Positions 24,101 through 36,430 of a stretch of 46,485 nucleotides of DNA are shown piece after piece; the first letter of the stretch is position 1; every line of letters begins with the position of its first letter. The notes below the pieces were generated by a model. The model had not been told where the DNA came from and did not search any database. It worked only from the letters and a program-made list of their open reading frames with translations. Source of the DNA: Catajapyx aquilonaris (lineage: Eukaryota); NCBI GenBank assembly GCA_000934665.2, contig JYFJ02003095.1:1-46485 (forward strand), in the 5' to 3' direction. The translations under genes and the position numbers were made by a program.

Positions 24101-27100
24101 TCTACCTGGCCTCATTAGGCCTACCCTTTAAACTGAATCTACATTCAGAAAGAACATCAGAGTCAGATCGGGACCGATCCAAATCAAACCTGTTCATTCC
24201 CACAAAGCAGGATTATTTTTTGTCGCCCTCTCCAATTTTTGGGACTGGTCGGACTAACAGCGCGTGATAATTCTGAACCCCATAGTCGTAACATGTGTCA
24301 CGGAACGAAGCAAAGGAGAGGGGATCGTGGGATGAATGGCGTGCGAGAGGTGCGGCCGTTGTGGGGGTGATGTCTGCCCGGTCCTTGTGTGCACTTGGGC
24401 GCAGTCTCCCCAGACGTGCTCGTTTTCGCCAGGCCTGCACTTGGGGCTTTAGACGATCAGCAGCATGGCTTTGACAGGTTAATGCTCCAGAGCCACATAA
24501 TCTGCTCGTCAAACAATGATCCATTCATAAAGTTTGCCCTCCGGCTTTGCAATATACAAGATGGGTGGGCTTGCACCGTGGCAGCGAGGGACGACGGTGC
24601 GCAAAGGGGTGAGAGCTGGCCCCATTCATCCGGGCTGCTACTTTTGCTCAAACAATGGCGCTTCCAAATCATGCACAGTTCGCGTGCAGTCATCACCAAG
24701 CGGTAGCAGCCGATTGTGATAACAAACGCCTGGCCTAGAATGAAAGCTATCCTGAAATGAGCAAGTCTGCTTTTTTAGGGTTCGCTCCCTTGTGGTATGT
24801 ATATAGGAGTCGTCATCTTTTAATCTGTACTCAATGTGTCCCAGAACAAAAGATAGGCACGTAGTATATAAGAACCAACGTTATGAAGCAGTGTGCACTT
24901 GATTTTTTTTTTTCAAGAAAGAGATGAAATGATGCAGTGATACCCATCGTGGATAGAAATGATCCAGGTTCGATCTAAAGCTAAGGTTTTTATTTTCTGG
25001 TTTTTGCGTAAGAGATTATGTTTTTCATTATTCTTTGCAAAACTGGCATCATTATCGCGTCTGGTAGAACCCTGGCAGAAAATCAAAATAACATACTGTT
25101 CATCACAACAAACGTTCAGTTGTTAAAATATAATTACGTATAATTATATTCGTGATGTTCCTACCCTCGTACATTTGTTGGTGATACAGACACAAATATC
25201 AATAATAAATTAAAAGTATTAGATTCCCCAGAAAATAAGTTATTAATTTCATATTTTGCATCTTGTTAGCATTTGTTACAAAATTATGTATACAACTTTC
25301 AATTTCTTTCCTTGCAAACCAACGCAAATAATAGTCCTGAAACATCCTAAATTTTTCATATTTATTTGCAGAATATACCCCCACGGAATCATATAATATT
25401 TATCTGATTCAAAAAAAGGGTATGCAATGCCTTGACTTGTCTCCTTATTCTATTCAGACCATTCTTGGAAGACGAATCTGAATAATGCAGAAGACGGTGC
25501 TATTCAACCGGCAGCAAAATCCCTGCATTTGTGCCACAGGTCAAACAGCGAAGGCGGAAAAGACGGAAATGTATGAGAAGTAAGCCGAGTCCATGAGATG
25601 AGACTACCAGGTGAATACACACCACCTCGGGGACTCCAGCCGAAGAATCATGGCGAGGCCTCGGAGGAGAGGATTTAAGGCACGGAATGGTGGCAGCAGG
25701 GTGAAGCCAAAGAGGAAGGGCCTGGAAAGAGCCGGAATTGCTTAATAAAAAGTCGGCGGCTGCAAATCAAGAGCGACTTTACGTCTCGGCATTTTCAGGT
25801 GAGCTAGGAAGCCTCGGCGTCTCCTGATGATTTCCCTGCCGGCCTCACATTGATTCTAGCTCATAAACGGCTGCCCTCAGTCTATGCGTTTCAGGTAAAT
25901 GTACTTTAAAACTATTTAAGCCCAGACGGGAGCTTAAATGGAGGGCGGCTCTTGGGTCGGAATCTCTCTCGCGAGACCCATAAATCTCCCTCCGTCACGA
26001 ACCTGAAATGTGGAGCCAAGGGAGCGCCTCAGTCTCCCCCTGCCCCTTCTCACTCTGGATGTACAGCGATCGATGTGTGCATGCGTGCTGCCAAGATCTC
26101 TTCCATCTCCACTGGCTACATCTCAAGTGCTAGCAAAACACCTGCCGCCATTTTTTTTCTCAAAAATACCAGTTATTTTGAGAGCGTGTACCAAATATGG
26201 CGGAGAATATCACATGATCACGCCACGTGACCAAGCCACGCCACGACATGCCGCTATAGACCAACTGCCATATAGTACTTGTTGGGCCTTCATGTAATGG
26301 AGATTAGCAGGAGTGGGTCTAGGAATGACAAAAGTCCTCACACTAATAGATTTCCTCTCCAAATAAAATTAGCTCCTGGCGGAAAAAAAGTCCGGCAGGG
26401 CTCGGCCAGCCCATTTTCTTCCTAACTAATTCAAGTCATGCCAAGAGAAGAAGTTTGACCCAAGTCGGCTCACATGGGAGTAGCAAACTCATTGGGATGA
26501 ACATGGCCTAAGTGGGCTCGTGGAGTTTCCTTCTCACGTCAGACTGATGCTCAACTCCTCTTCGACCTGCGACCAACTGAGCTCCGAAACCCAAATTGGA
26601 GGGTCCACAAGGAGCTCCATTTAAACATACACATACTACTTGCTACAGAGTCTCTAGACCTTGTCAAGTAACATAATACAACGAACAAATTATCTGGTTA
26701 TATGTTCATAACTATATGCACCTGAAGTACATCATTATGGTATCGAGTTTGGTCATTTTTTGGAACTCTATAGTTGAGAGGAGGAAGAAAAGAAATATTG
26801 CGGGTTATACATAACATAGGGCCTACATGTACAAGATCTCATAACATTTATTGTACTGTACTTATTTTGAACCAATCGTGTTGTAAATTCCGTTCCGTCT
26901 CCCAAGCGTGCAAATCTATGACACTGCTATTAGCGCCCAAAGGTAATGCTAATTACTATCAAATTGGGAATATTAATTATTTCAAAATTAATTTAGCACC
27001 AAAATAATAAACTTCCAAAACTGAATTCAACTTAATGACAATGATATCAGAAATAACATACCGGTATGTATAGGAAAATTTATTGAAATTGAAAGAATGA

Positions 27101-29401
27101 AGTGCTCAACCTACTCTCTAAAATCAATTTTTAAGTGTCATTGCGATAATAATTACTCAAAAATCCGTACTGCACCACTGGAATTGCTGAAGGGATTGTG
27201 GAGTGGTCCTTTTTAGCTGCTATTTTAAGCCATAGTGCTCGGTTTATTTAGGCGACCAGTGTTCCTTTTTCACTTACATTTACCCACAGACACTTACCAC
27301 TTTAATTTAGAAATATTTGGGTTTATCTAAATCCTGTTTTTCTGGGGTGAACCAACAATGAGTAATTATTAAATTATAGCACTGACTCAACTTGTTCTTT
27401 GACCCAGTCTGACTCGCACACAAGAAACAAATCCAATCTCTTGGCTTGTTTTATTACACCCTACTAGAGGCACTACAGGTTTCGTAAATCTTGTTCGCGA
27501 TTTACTGCTCTGTAACATGTGGCTCACCATGATAACTTTTTTTTCTAATTCTGCAGTAAAAATTAAAGCAATAACATAATACCGGTATGTGCTCCACAAA
27601 GTGCGTTCACAAATGCAATCTTCTGCGCCGTACTTCAGCGAAACGTCTACAAAAATAATTTGAGCTTGACATAACGGCACTTGCCAAAGTATTCTGTCAA
27701 AAATTGCAAGTTAGTTACTGACAATATTTCTTGTGGGATTAAGAAACCAATCGCACTTGTTTGTCAATTTTTTTAAATGTGAATGCTACATCAAACGTAG
27801 GTGCGTTTCAAGCTGAGACATCGATAATGTTAATTGCTTTGTTTCATTGTTCTGTGAGATATCTGTTTCATGCACATCGGATTATATCCGTTTAAATTAC
27901 AGGCCACTAGACAACCGAGTGGCGAAGAATGCCCTCCTTTATCCTCCAAGAACAAACAATCAGAAATTATTAATAACGGTCATGCGAGATCTATCAACTC
28001 CAATCATGATGTCACCCATCAGATTCAAATGACAAACGCTCCCTATCAACAATGGCAAATGCTCGCAGCCATCAGCACGCGAGGCTCTTGTAGGCACAAA
28101 TGGTGTATCCCGCCCGCCCTAGACAGCCCACAAGATTAGTAGCGGATAAATTTGATTAGTGCCTGGAATTCTTGACAAGACAGTCAACAAGGCCCCCACA
28201 GCCAGAATAGGGCATCGATTTCAAAGCGCGTACGTGACAATACCATCCAACAGAAGAAGGGCAGGAGGGATTCGGACCTGATAGGTCATTATTCACGTCG
28301 TCCCTGATTAGTGAGCGTTTTGCGGCTGCCGTCGCCTCAGATCAGACCAAGATGGGCTTTGTTACGGCCATTTAGGGTCCGCGCCGGACAATGGGCGTGA
28401 GAGTCTGCCTGATATGGTCCACGCCTCCTCATAAAAAACGCCGAGTCAAGTCGTAAGGGACATGCTGTAAAAATTTCTCTCCGCGGCAGCCTCAACTATT
28501 GAATCGCATTGTGCTGCGGTTATGGTAACCTTAAGCACCTTCCTGTTGATTTTTCATCTCCTGTTGGCCCTCTTCACGTCTGCCTTTCCTTTTACGACGG
28601 CTGCTTTCTTCGCAATTAGTGTTTAAGAGGACTTCTCCCCGATGAATAAAAATGGGATACATAAAAAATGCCGGAGGAAATGATATGGAGGGAAATGTCT
28701 CCGCAGAAGACTTTATACACCACGGCTCTTGGCTATCATAAATTTATGAAATACTTTTGCAGGAATGCTTTCATCCTCAGCATTAAATCTTGCAGCGGCT
28801 CCACCGGCTTCTCCCAAAGCTTTCTCTGTCACACACACACACACTTACTCACTCACTAAGTCTTCTCAGGACCAACTTACAGATTTACGACATAGGTCCA
28901 CTTAGCTACAGTAAGAAATATATGTGTATACAACATACTTAGCTAATAATCCGATAAACCTCTTTGTTACATTCAGGCCATTTCGTACGTATTGTGCTTG
29001 GTGAATCAACTGACCTGCAGCAGTGTCCATTATGTAAGTTTACATCAATATAACATTCTCATTCCGTAATTGTCCTGCCAACTAACAACAATGGCCTTAG
29101 GGAGAATTTTATCGCATGGTTCTATAATTGGGCAAACAGTGTTTATATTCCACTATTCCGGTCACCATAATATTAATCCCTTAAAACTGATAACACCTGA
29201 AGCAATTGGTAGCCATCATATTATATTCGTTGAATATTTATCTCACGACCCTCCAGCATTAACCTAGATGGTGTCTCATGCGTCGTTAGTTTATTTAAGC
29301 TTTATTGCCGCAGCACATGAATAATAGCTCTAATGACCAAGCAACTAGCAATTAGGAAAATAGCTCAAGGTTGTGTACAACACCGTAAGGAGAATAGAGG
29401 A

Positions 29402-29447
29402 TTTTGGAATGTGGACGGAAGCGTGAGTACCCCGAGAAAACCCACAC
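29402..29447 (-). mobile_element. Old SINE central-domain fragment (V-domain-like)
   Basis: Minus strand GTGTGGGTTTTCTCGGGGTACTCACGCTTCCGTCCACATTCCAAAA resembles the V-SINE core GTGGGTTTTCTCCGGGTACTCCGGTTTCCTCCCACATTCCAAA (recalled consensus). Confidence 0.5.
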
Positions 29448-32400
29448 TTTCTGCATGAGAAGGTTTATTCCGTCTGCTGAGTTATATAATCATGATGTAG
29501 GTAACACTGCATATAGTAATTAGTAGATGTTTTTCATTCCCCCTAAAGGTACATATATAGAGCCGCGTAAAGTACAAAGTGTGGTTTGTAAAACAGAAAA
29601 TCCTTTTCTTCATCCCTCTTACCCTGATACCGTGTGCTTCTTGATGTCTCAGAGCGAGATTGGTGCACAGGGAGTCCTTTCAATTATTTACCTCTTTCTG
29701 GCGGAAATGTTACCTCTCCCGACTCCAGATATCCAAGAAGCACCGGGTCTGCTCCTCTAATGGCTTTGAGCCTCTCTTGCAGACTATTTTGTTTCCGGAG
29801 CTCTGGCCCCAAGACAGCATGCTCGAGCTTCCCAAATGCATCCCCCGCTTTAATTTCTGCATCAGCTTGTTCAAGTTAGATGTCGGAATATAATACTGTA
29901 TATGTTTGAGAGAGCATTATTTTAGCCAGAATAGGTAGATGACAATGATGTGTGGGTGTGTGGGTGTGTGTCTCTGTGTGTATATATTCCCCACCAGCAG
30001 ACTCATCACAATTTCACGCTTTCAGGCGGCAATACGAACGAATTGCCGGGAAGGTCGGAAGTCCTTATGCACGCGTGCAGAATGACAATTTGCATTCGGA
30101 CGTCTTTTATTTTTTTTATCTCAAATGAATTCCGCCCTATAGTCTAGAAGAGGAAGGGAGTTGGAGAAAAGGCACAGGCAGTTCAAAACCAGCGTCTCAT
30201 TTGCATGCCAAACTGCCAATAGTCTAGTAATGCGAACAATATTCTGAGCAGATAATACAGCTGGCGCATTCGTCTCTATTGGGCTGTCACGGTGTGGTAA
30301 AGATATGTTGCCCATACAGAATGCCGCAACATTTGTGAGGTTAATTTTGCATCTAGAGGGGGCTACGACCCTAAATATAATCAGTGGAATACTGACACAT
30401 CTATAGACAAATATCATCCTGGTCATATGTAATATCGAAGTGTTTACTGCAGAATGGTCAATTCGTAATAGAGAATCTTTGATTGAAAGGACTGGCAGTA
30501 CTTGAGCTGTTCATATCCATCCAACAAAGTCACAATAGCGCAGGAGAGCCCACCTAAACCCACTTGCATGATTGGCTGCTTCCAAGACCAGAAAATGACT
30601 TTTGAACAAAGCACACCAAAATACACCGCATTTGCAACCTCATAAACTTGGTGCTAGAGCAACATACTTCGAAACTGAGCTAAACTAAACCCCAGCTGAT
30701 TCGTTAGAGCCCGCGGCATTTAAAAGCATCCATTATAAATCCAGCAGGTACAGTACATGTGCACAGTACACCTGACGCACATTTAGGCTAATATGTATGG
30801 ATGCCTAAGGGCGAACCGTGGAAGGAGCTGCAAGAGAAGGGCGTCTAGTCAGTGGAGGCCTCTTGCATGTGCCTGGCCAACTTGCAGCTGGTGCATAACG
30901 ATGGCGGGGGAAGATCGATCCGACGAACCGGCTCCCGTTCGCGGATCGGTCGGACGGGAGGCTGCTCACGGATACTTTTTCTCCCATATTCCCCCAGCTT
31001 GCCCACCCGACTTGCCCCGACTCGTGGTCTCCCGCTATACCTCTCAGCGGCAGAACGGCGCCCAAGAGTGGCGGATGGTACAGGCAGAGTTGCACATATG
31101 CAGGCCTACTAAACCGGTGCCAAAAAGATCGGATGGCCTTGCCCGCTCGGGACAAATTGGATTGTTCTGCTACGTTTCATGTGGAGAGAAATGATGCAAT
31201 AAAGTTATATGATATACACGAAAAAAAAAGTTTATCAAGAAGTTGGAAAGCAAACCACGCAGTGGTGTAATCAGAAAATGTAAATGGAGTCACTATCTTG
31301 GGGGGTTTTCTTTGTGCCGTATTATTAACGCACGGAGTAACTTAGGAAAATAATCAACGTGCGACAAAGAAGGTTTCAGCACATGCAGCGTTATTACTCG
31401 GATAACTGTAATATAGAGTGGCATGCAAAAATAACAAAACGGGCCGAATCCACTTCAGGATAGAGTTGGAAAGTCAACGAGATTGTATCTTTTCAAAGGC
31501 ACAGGTGAACTTGAATAGAATTTTGGGTGTCTCCTCTGTACTATTGCACGTTTGCAAAAGCATGCAAGAGTGTAGAATAATGCAGGCGTTGCAAATGTAA
31601 GACACTAGCACTTCCTCCTTCTCTTTCCCTAAGGCTGCCAAGAACTCCCTAAAAGCACGAAAATTTCGAGCAGAAACATGGAAACTCTGGCGAGAGGAGC
31701 TGCACCGAGTTTACGTAACGCAGACCCAAATTCCGCTCACTCTGTTGCAGAACTGCCCCAAGGTGGGCTGGATGTAGTGGTCCTCTTGCTCTAACCTACA
31801 CTCCCCGAAGGTGCTCCTTGTTGTTGCACAGAGTTTGTATAACTAGGGTAGCCTATATGCATCTTTATATACCATACAAATTGTAAATAAATGCTAATTT
31901 TCATTAAGTAATGTTCATATTAAACTCTTTGGAATAGGGGAGTTGGTGGGACTGTGACAAATCCAACATAGGCCTAATTTAATGCATCATATTAAACGAG
32001 CTAAATGGGGAGATGTGCATCAGAAACGTGCTCATAAGCGAGTTAATTCTTAAGTGATAAGCCCCTATGAAACACTACAAATAACTTTTAGGGTGTATAT
32101 TATATTAGATGGTGTACAGTACTGATAATGATTAGGGGGGACGGGGGTTCAACTGTGTTGTGATGGAAAGTGACAGAAGGATAAGGATTAAAAATAGTCA
32201 GAGACAGGGTGTCGTAATGAGTAAGGGTTACCAACTTTTAAGTTCCTATTGGTTTTGATTATAATTGAGACTGAATGACGAATTACGCAGAGAGAAAAAA
32301 TTCTCAGGTAAGTAATCCCTCGGTAAATTCCCCATATATTTGATATTTCTACAAATAATATCCACGGGAAGAGATTAACAGTATTCAGGTATCTTTTCAA

Positions 32401-35219
32401 TCCGCGTCTGGAAATCGTCTAATAATAGCATGAAACGTGATACTAACACAGCACACTCCTTTATGTCATAAACGAACAACCATCCGTTCTTAGTAAACGC
32501 TTATACGTATCGTTCTTCCGAATTTGACACCAACATTGCTCCTATAAATGCCATATCTTACAAGTTCATTTACATCAGATAAGACAGCACTTACTGTACT
32601 GAGGGGAAATAGAACACAGCCCACATGCCATAAACAGGCATCTGTGCCCACATTGTAGGTATTACGTAAGCAGTATGTGATATCAAATGCATTGTTCAGG
32701 GTACAGTGCAAGAGATTAATTAAGTTCCTCCCATCTCTTTCCTTCACATTTGGGCAAATCTTGACAAACATGGGCTTCATTTTGTTTCTTAACCGCGTGA
32801 AAATGATTGAGCATCCTTTCGGGCTTTGCATGCGAAGGTACAGATTATCTCGTTTGACGTCACTAATAACAGCACTAATATGTATGTCACATTTTGGAAA
32901 TGTACAGAGTGTCCAAGACCATTTTTGTACTCTTATTTTCTGTAATCATGTTCTTATTAGGAAGGTCAGATGATATAAAAGGTAATAATTTTGTGTACTG
33001 CCAAAATAGGCCTACTCTTTACATTCAAATTAACACGTGAGACGAATCAATTTTTTTCCCGAAATGACGTGAAAATATTGCTGTGAAGAGGGCGGGAATA
33101 TTGTGGGCAAAGGTGGGAAAATTTCTCGGTCAGCGGTTTCCACCCTGGGTAATCAGATCCAGACATAATTATCTGAACACGCTATGGATTAATATTTTCT
33201 TCTTGTACAGTACACCGAGCGGATGAAGTGATTACGGCAGTAACGCGCCAATATTCGTCCTCACCCGTGATTTTCTTGCCCTTGTCAAAAATATAGAAAA
33301 TTTAATTTTCCCATCTAATATTTTGGAACAAAAACAATTTTAGTACAGAAAGTGACAATATTTCGGGCTACCTTTTAAAATAATTGCATTCAAATTAAAA
33401 CAGTCCTTGTCACTGATCTAAGGATTCCATTAATGAGTCGTGGCCCCAAAATAAACAACAGCATTCCGGAATTGATGTTATTCCTCCGACAACAATTTTG
33501 TCCTTGAATTTTATCACAGCTTGAGGGATGCCATGCTTTCATTGCTTTGTTCTTGTCAAACTGATATGAAAATGCCGTATGAACCTGCCTACAACATTAA
33601 AATGCCAGATAGTGGTGCACAGAAAAATTCCGGGTAGATCACCTTTCATGAAATGACTAAAATTATTATTACTTACCCCAATCTGGTCACTGGTATGGAC
33701 GCACGGAATGTATCACCAGAGTAGCACAAGTTTCGCTTCAGTATTCTTGTGGTGCAACTAATCATGTTAGTCGCGCTTACTACAAGCAATAATTAAGATT
33801 ACACATTACAAACATCTTACTAGGCATATCTAGATATTGATCGACTTAATGCTCTCACACTGACCAAACCCACTACACTGATAGTATTTCCTACCAAGGT
33901 TCACAGAGTTAAAAGGGAAACAACTAGCGTCGAAATCAAGCGTCTAATACTCAAGTTGTATATCTTATTTTACAACACAAGTGACCCATATTATTTCAGT
34001 GTGTGGAAAGCATATGTGGTCGGTTCTTGGTCATATTTTCACTAATAGTTCAAATAGCTCACGTGGAATGGAACTGTCCAGGTGCAGTACTGCAAAAGAA
34101 AAACAACACGATAAGAGTTCTGCCTAGACTCTTAACAATTCAGGCCCCGATGAAGAAAGGGGCAATAGGAGTCATCAAAACAATATATTCTTCCTTGGCA
34201 TTTCCATTCTCTTATCACTGCATCAGCAATTGTGGCTGTAGGTCAGCCTTCCGTCCACAAAGTTTCCTGGCGAGCTGCCACGTCCATTCCTCGCTGACTG
34301 CTATTTTGCTCCAGCGTCACTTCCTCTGCTTGTCTTCGGCTGCCCGAATCGGTAATTGTCGTTGAAGAAATACGAGGCAAAAAAGAAGGAAAAGGAACCC
34401 CCCCAAAAAAGGCGTCTCAAAGTAGGAACTCGGTGGGAGGGACGAGTGCGACCAGAGCCGCCCACTTTTTTGCTTGCCCAACTCCTTTTTTACCAACGTC
34501 TCCTTCGTCTTTCTCCTTTTTTCAATCCGCCTACCACCCCCCCCCCCCCCCCCCCCCCCCCACCNCGTCCTGAGCAGTCAAATAGAATGACTTATTGCTT
34601 GTCCAGGCTATTTTTCCTACACATAGGTCCTGTTCCAAGCTGGCCTATATATAGGTACGGGTGTAGGCGTCAGAAACGCACGCCATGCCTCTAAATTAGC
34701 TCAGTGCCACAATTACCAACAATCGTTGAGGCAGAACATGCCTACATGCGCAGTCACTTTGATGGATGGGGAATCTCGGAATGCAATCAACATAGCATGA
34801 AGCCTGCGGTGGACACTCTGTATGGGAGGAAAATGAGATTGTATGTTGCCTACATAAACGTGGTGAAACATAAAATTATGAATATGGATTTATTCCCTGG
34901 AGTTAGGCGTGTGGCAAGTGAGAATAGAATCGCGTAGAAGCTGAGTCAGGACCTAGTGTTTCGTACCGATGCGATGATGGGGGAAAGAGGGTAAGAATAA
35001 TCCGATGTGATATTAAAACCCATACAAAAATACACAAAATTAATTCATTAACACGGATATTTAACGTATTACGGAAAAACATGGAAATATGGAAAATCAT
35101 GTGGATTTCAGCATAGTAATGTACAATATATTCCTACAACTACAGTGTACAGCCATTGCAAGGCAAAATTGAGGAAAAACAACAAAAGACTTTGGTCAAG
35201 AGCTTCTTACTGTGACAAA

Positions 35220-35225
35220 TTTATT
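35220..35225 (-). terminator. Candidate polyadenylation signal AATAAA of gene B
   Basis: TTTATT on the plus strand about 380 bp past the stop codon. Confidence 0.5.
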
Positions 35226-35601
35226 GCTCATTTTATAGCACCTGTAATCATGCAATGTATAGAGATCATACCGTTCGAGTAGGCCTCTGTGTCCTGTACA
35301 CGCTTATAGAGTGTTCACCAGTACAGGTGTTGATAAATATTTACTCGAGAGGTTACAGTTTGATCTTGGTACAGTCTATAACATCGATAGGTGCATGTAC
35401 TGTACATTACGGCGAACCACAATCATTGCACTGCTTTTCAAGGACCAAAGTCTTACAGTGCTTACAGTATGTTTTACAGATCGACAGGAATTACTCAAAT
35501 ACAATGTTATTGTTATACAATACACTTGGGTTTTTCCACCTATGCAATACCCTAAAAATAAAATTACAATTCAAGTCTTGAGGTCTAGTGGTTGCTGCTT
35601 T

Positions 35602-36430
35602 TTAGTTCGGCGGGTTCACTGCTACATCCAATGCCCGAAGCATGTAGGGGCACAGGATGACCGTCACATTGGTATTGTCAATCATGGGTTTCACCATGTA
35701 TTTCAAAATTTTGTTGTCTATGACAGGCTTGCCCAAACACTTGATCGTCAGCTCCACCAGTTCAGGCATGGCGTCACTTGGAAGATCGCCAGTCAAACCA
35801 GTTGGAGCATCGAAATGCAGGACACCCTCGATGGTCAAAGTCTGGAGCCTGGTGCAGAGTATTGTGATGGCAATGAAGTTGATAGAGAACATTCCGGATA
35901 ATTTTAGGAATTTCAGGGTATGCCCATGAACTCGCAGGAACGGAAGTACTTCCTCAAAAAAAAACAAAGTATTCTGGGAAGTTATGTGCATATCAAAATC
36001 GAGGGATACGATGATGTTTCTGTCCATCAACTGTTCCATCAAATTCTCAGCCATGCGGCATTCATTGTACTGAATCTTGAATTTTTTTGTCGTTGGGGAG
36101 TCACGAAGGCAGGCCACTAAGTCATTCTCCCTGATATCATCTAACAATGGTAATGTCAGATGCTCAATGTTGTATGTAAATCTGGCAAGGTGTGGGGGGA
36201 GGCTCCTATCGAGCCATCCTAGGGCCCTGGCTGTTTTTTGATGCACCAAATTTTCAAGCCCTGGCCGGAACCGAAGAGCCAGTTGAAGGCCGTATGTACC
36301 AACTCGAGTTCCCTCCAGCGACAGGTTTTTTAGTGATGGGCATCGGCTGGTGTGGTTTTGGGATGGACCCATCAGCAAGTAGATCAGACCACCGTCTGTT
36401 ACGTTTTGGCATCCCGTAAGAGTTAAAGTT
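35602..36430 (-). CDS. Gene B exon 4 (LRRs and stop)
   Basis: Matches ORF 35602-36444; acceptor TCTCTTTCAG at 36431. Confidence 0.92.

Noticed and set aside
35255..36419. Plus-strand ORFs such as 35311-35901
   Set aside because: Antisense shadows of gene B exon 4 and its 3' UTR
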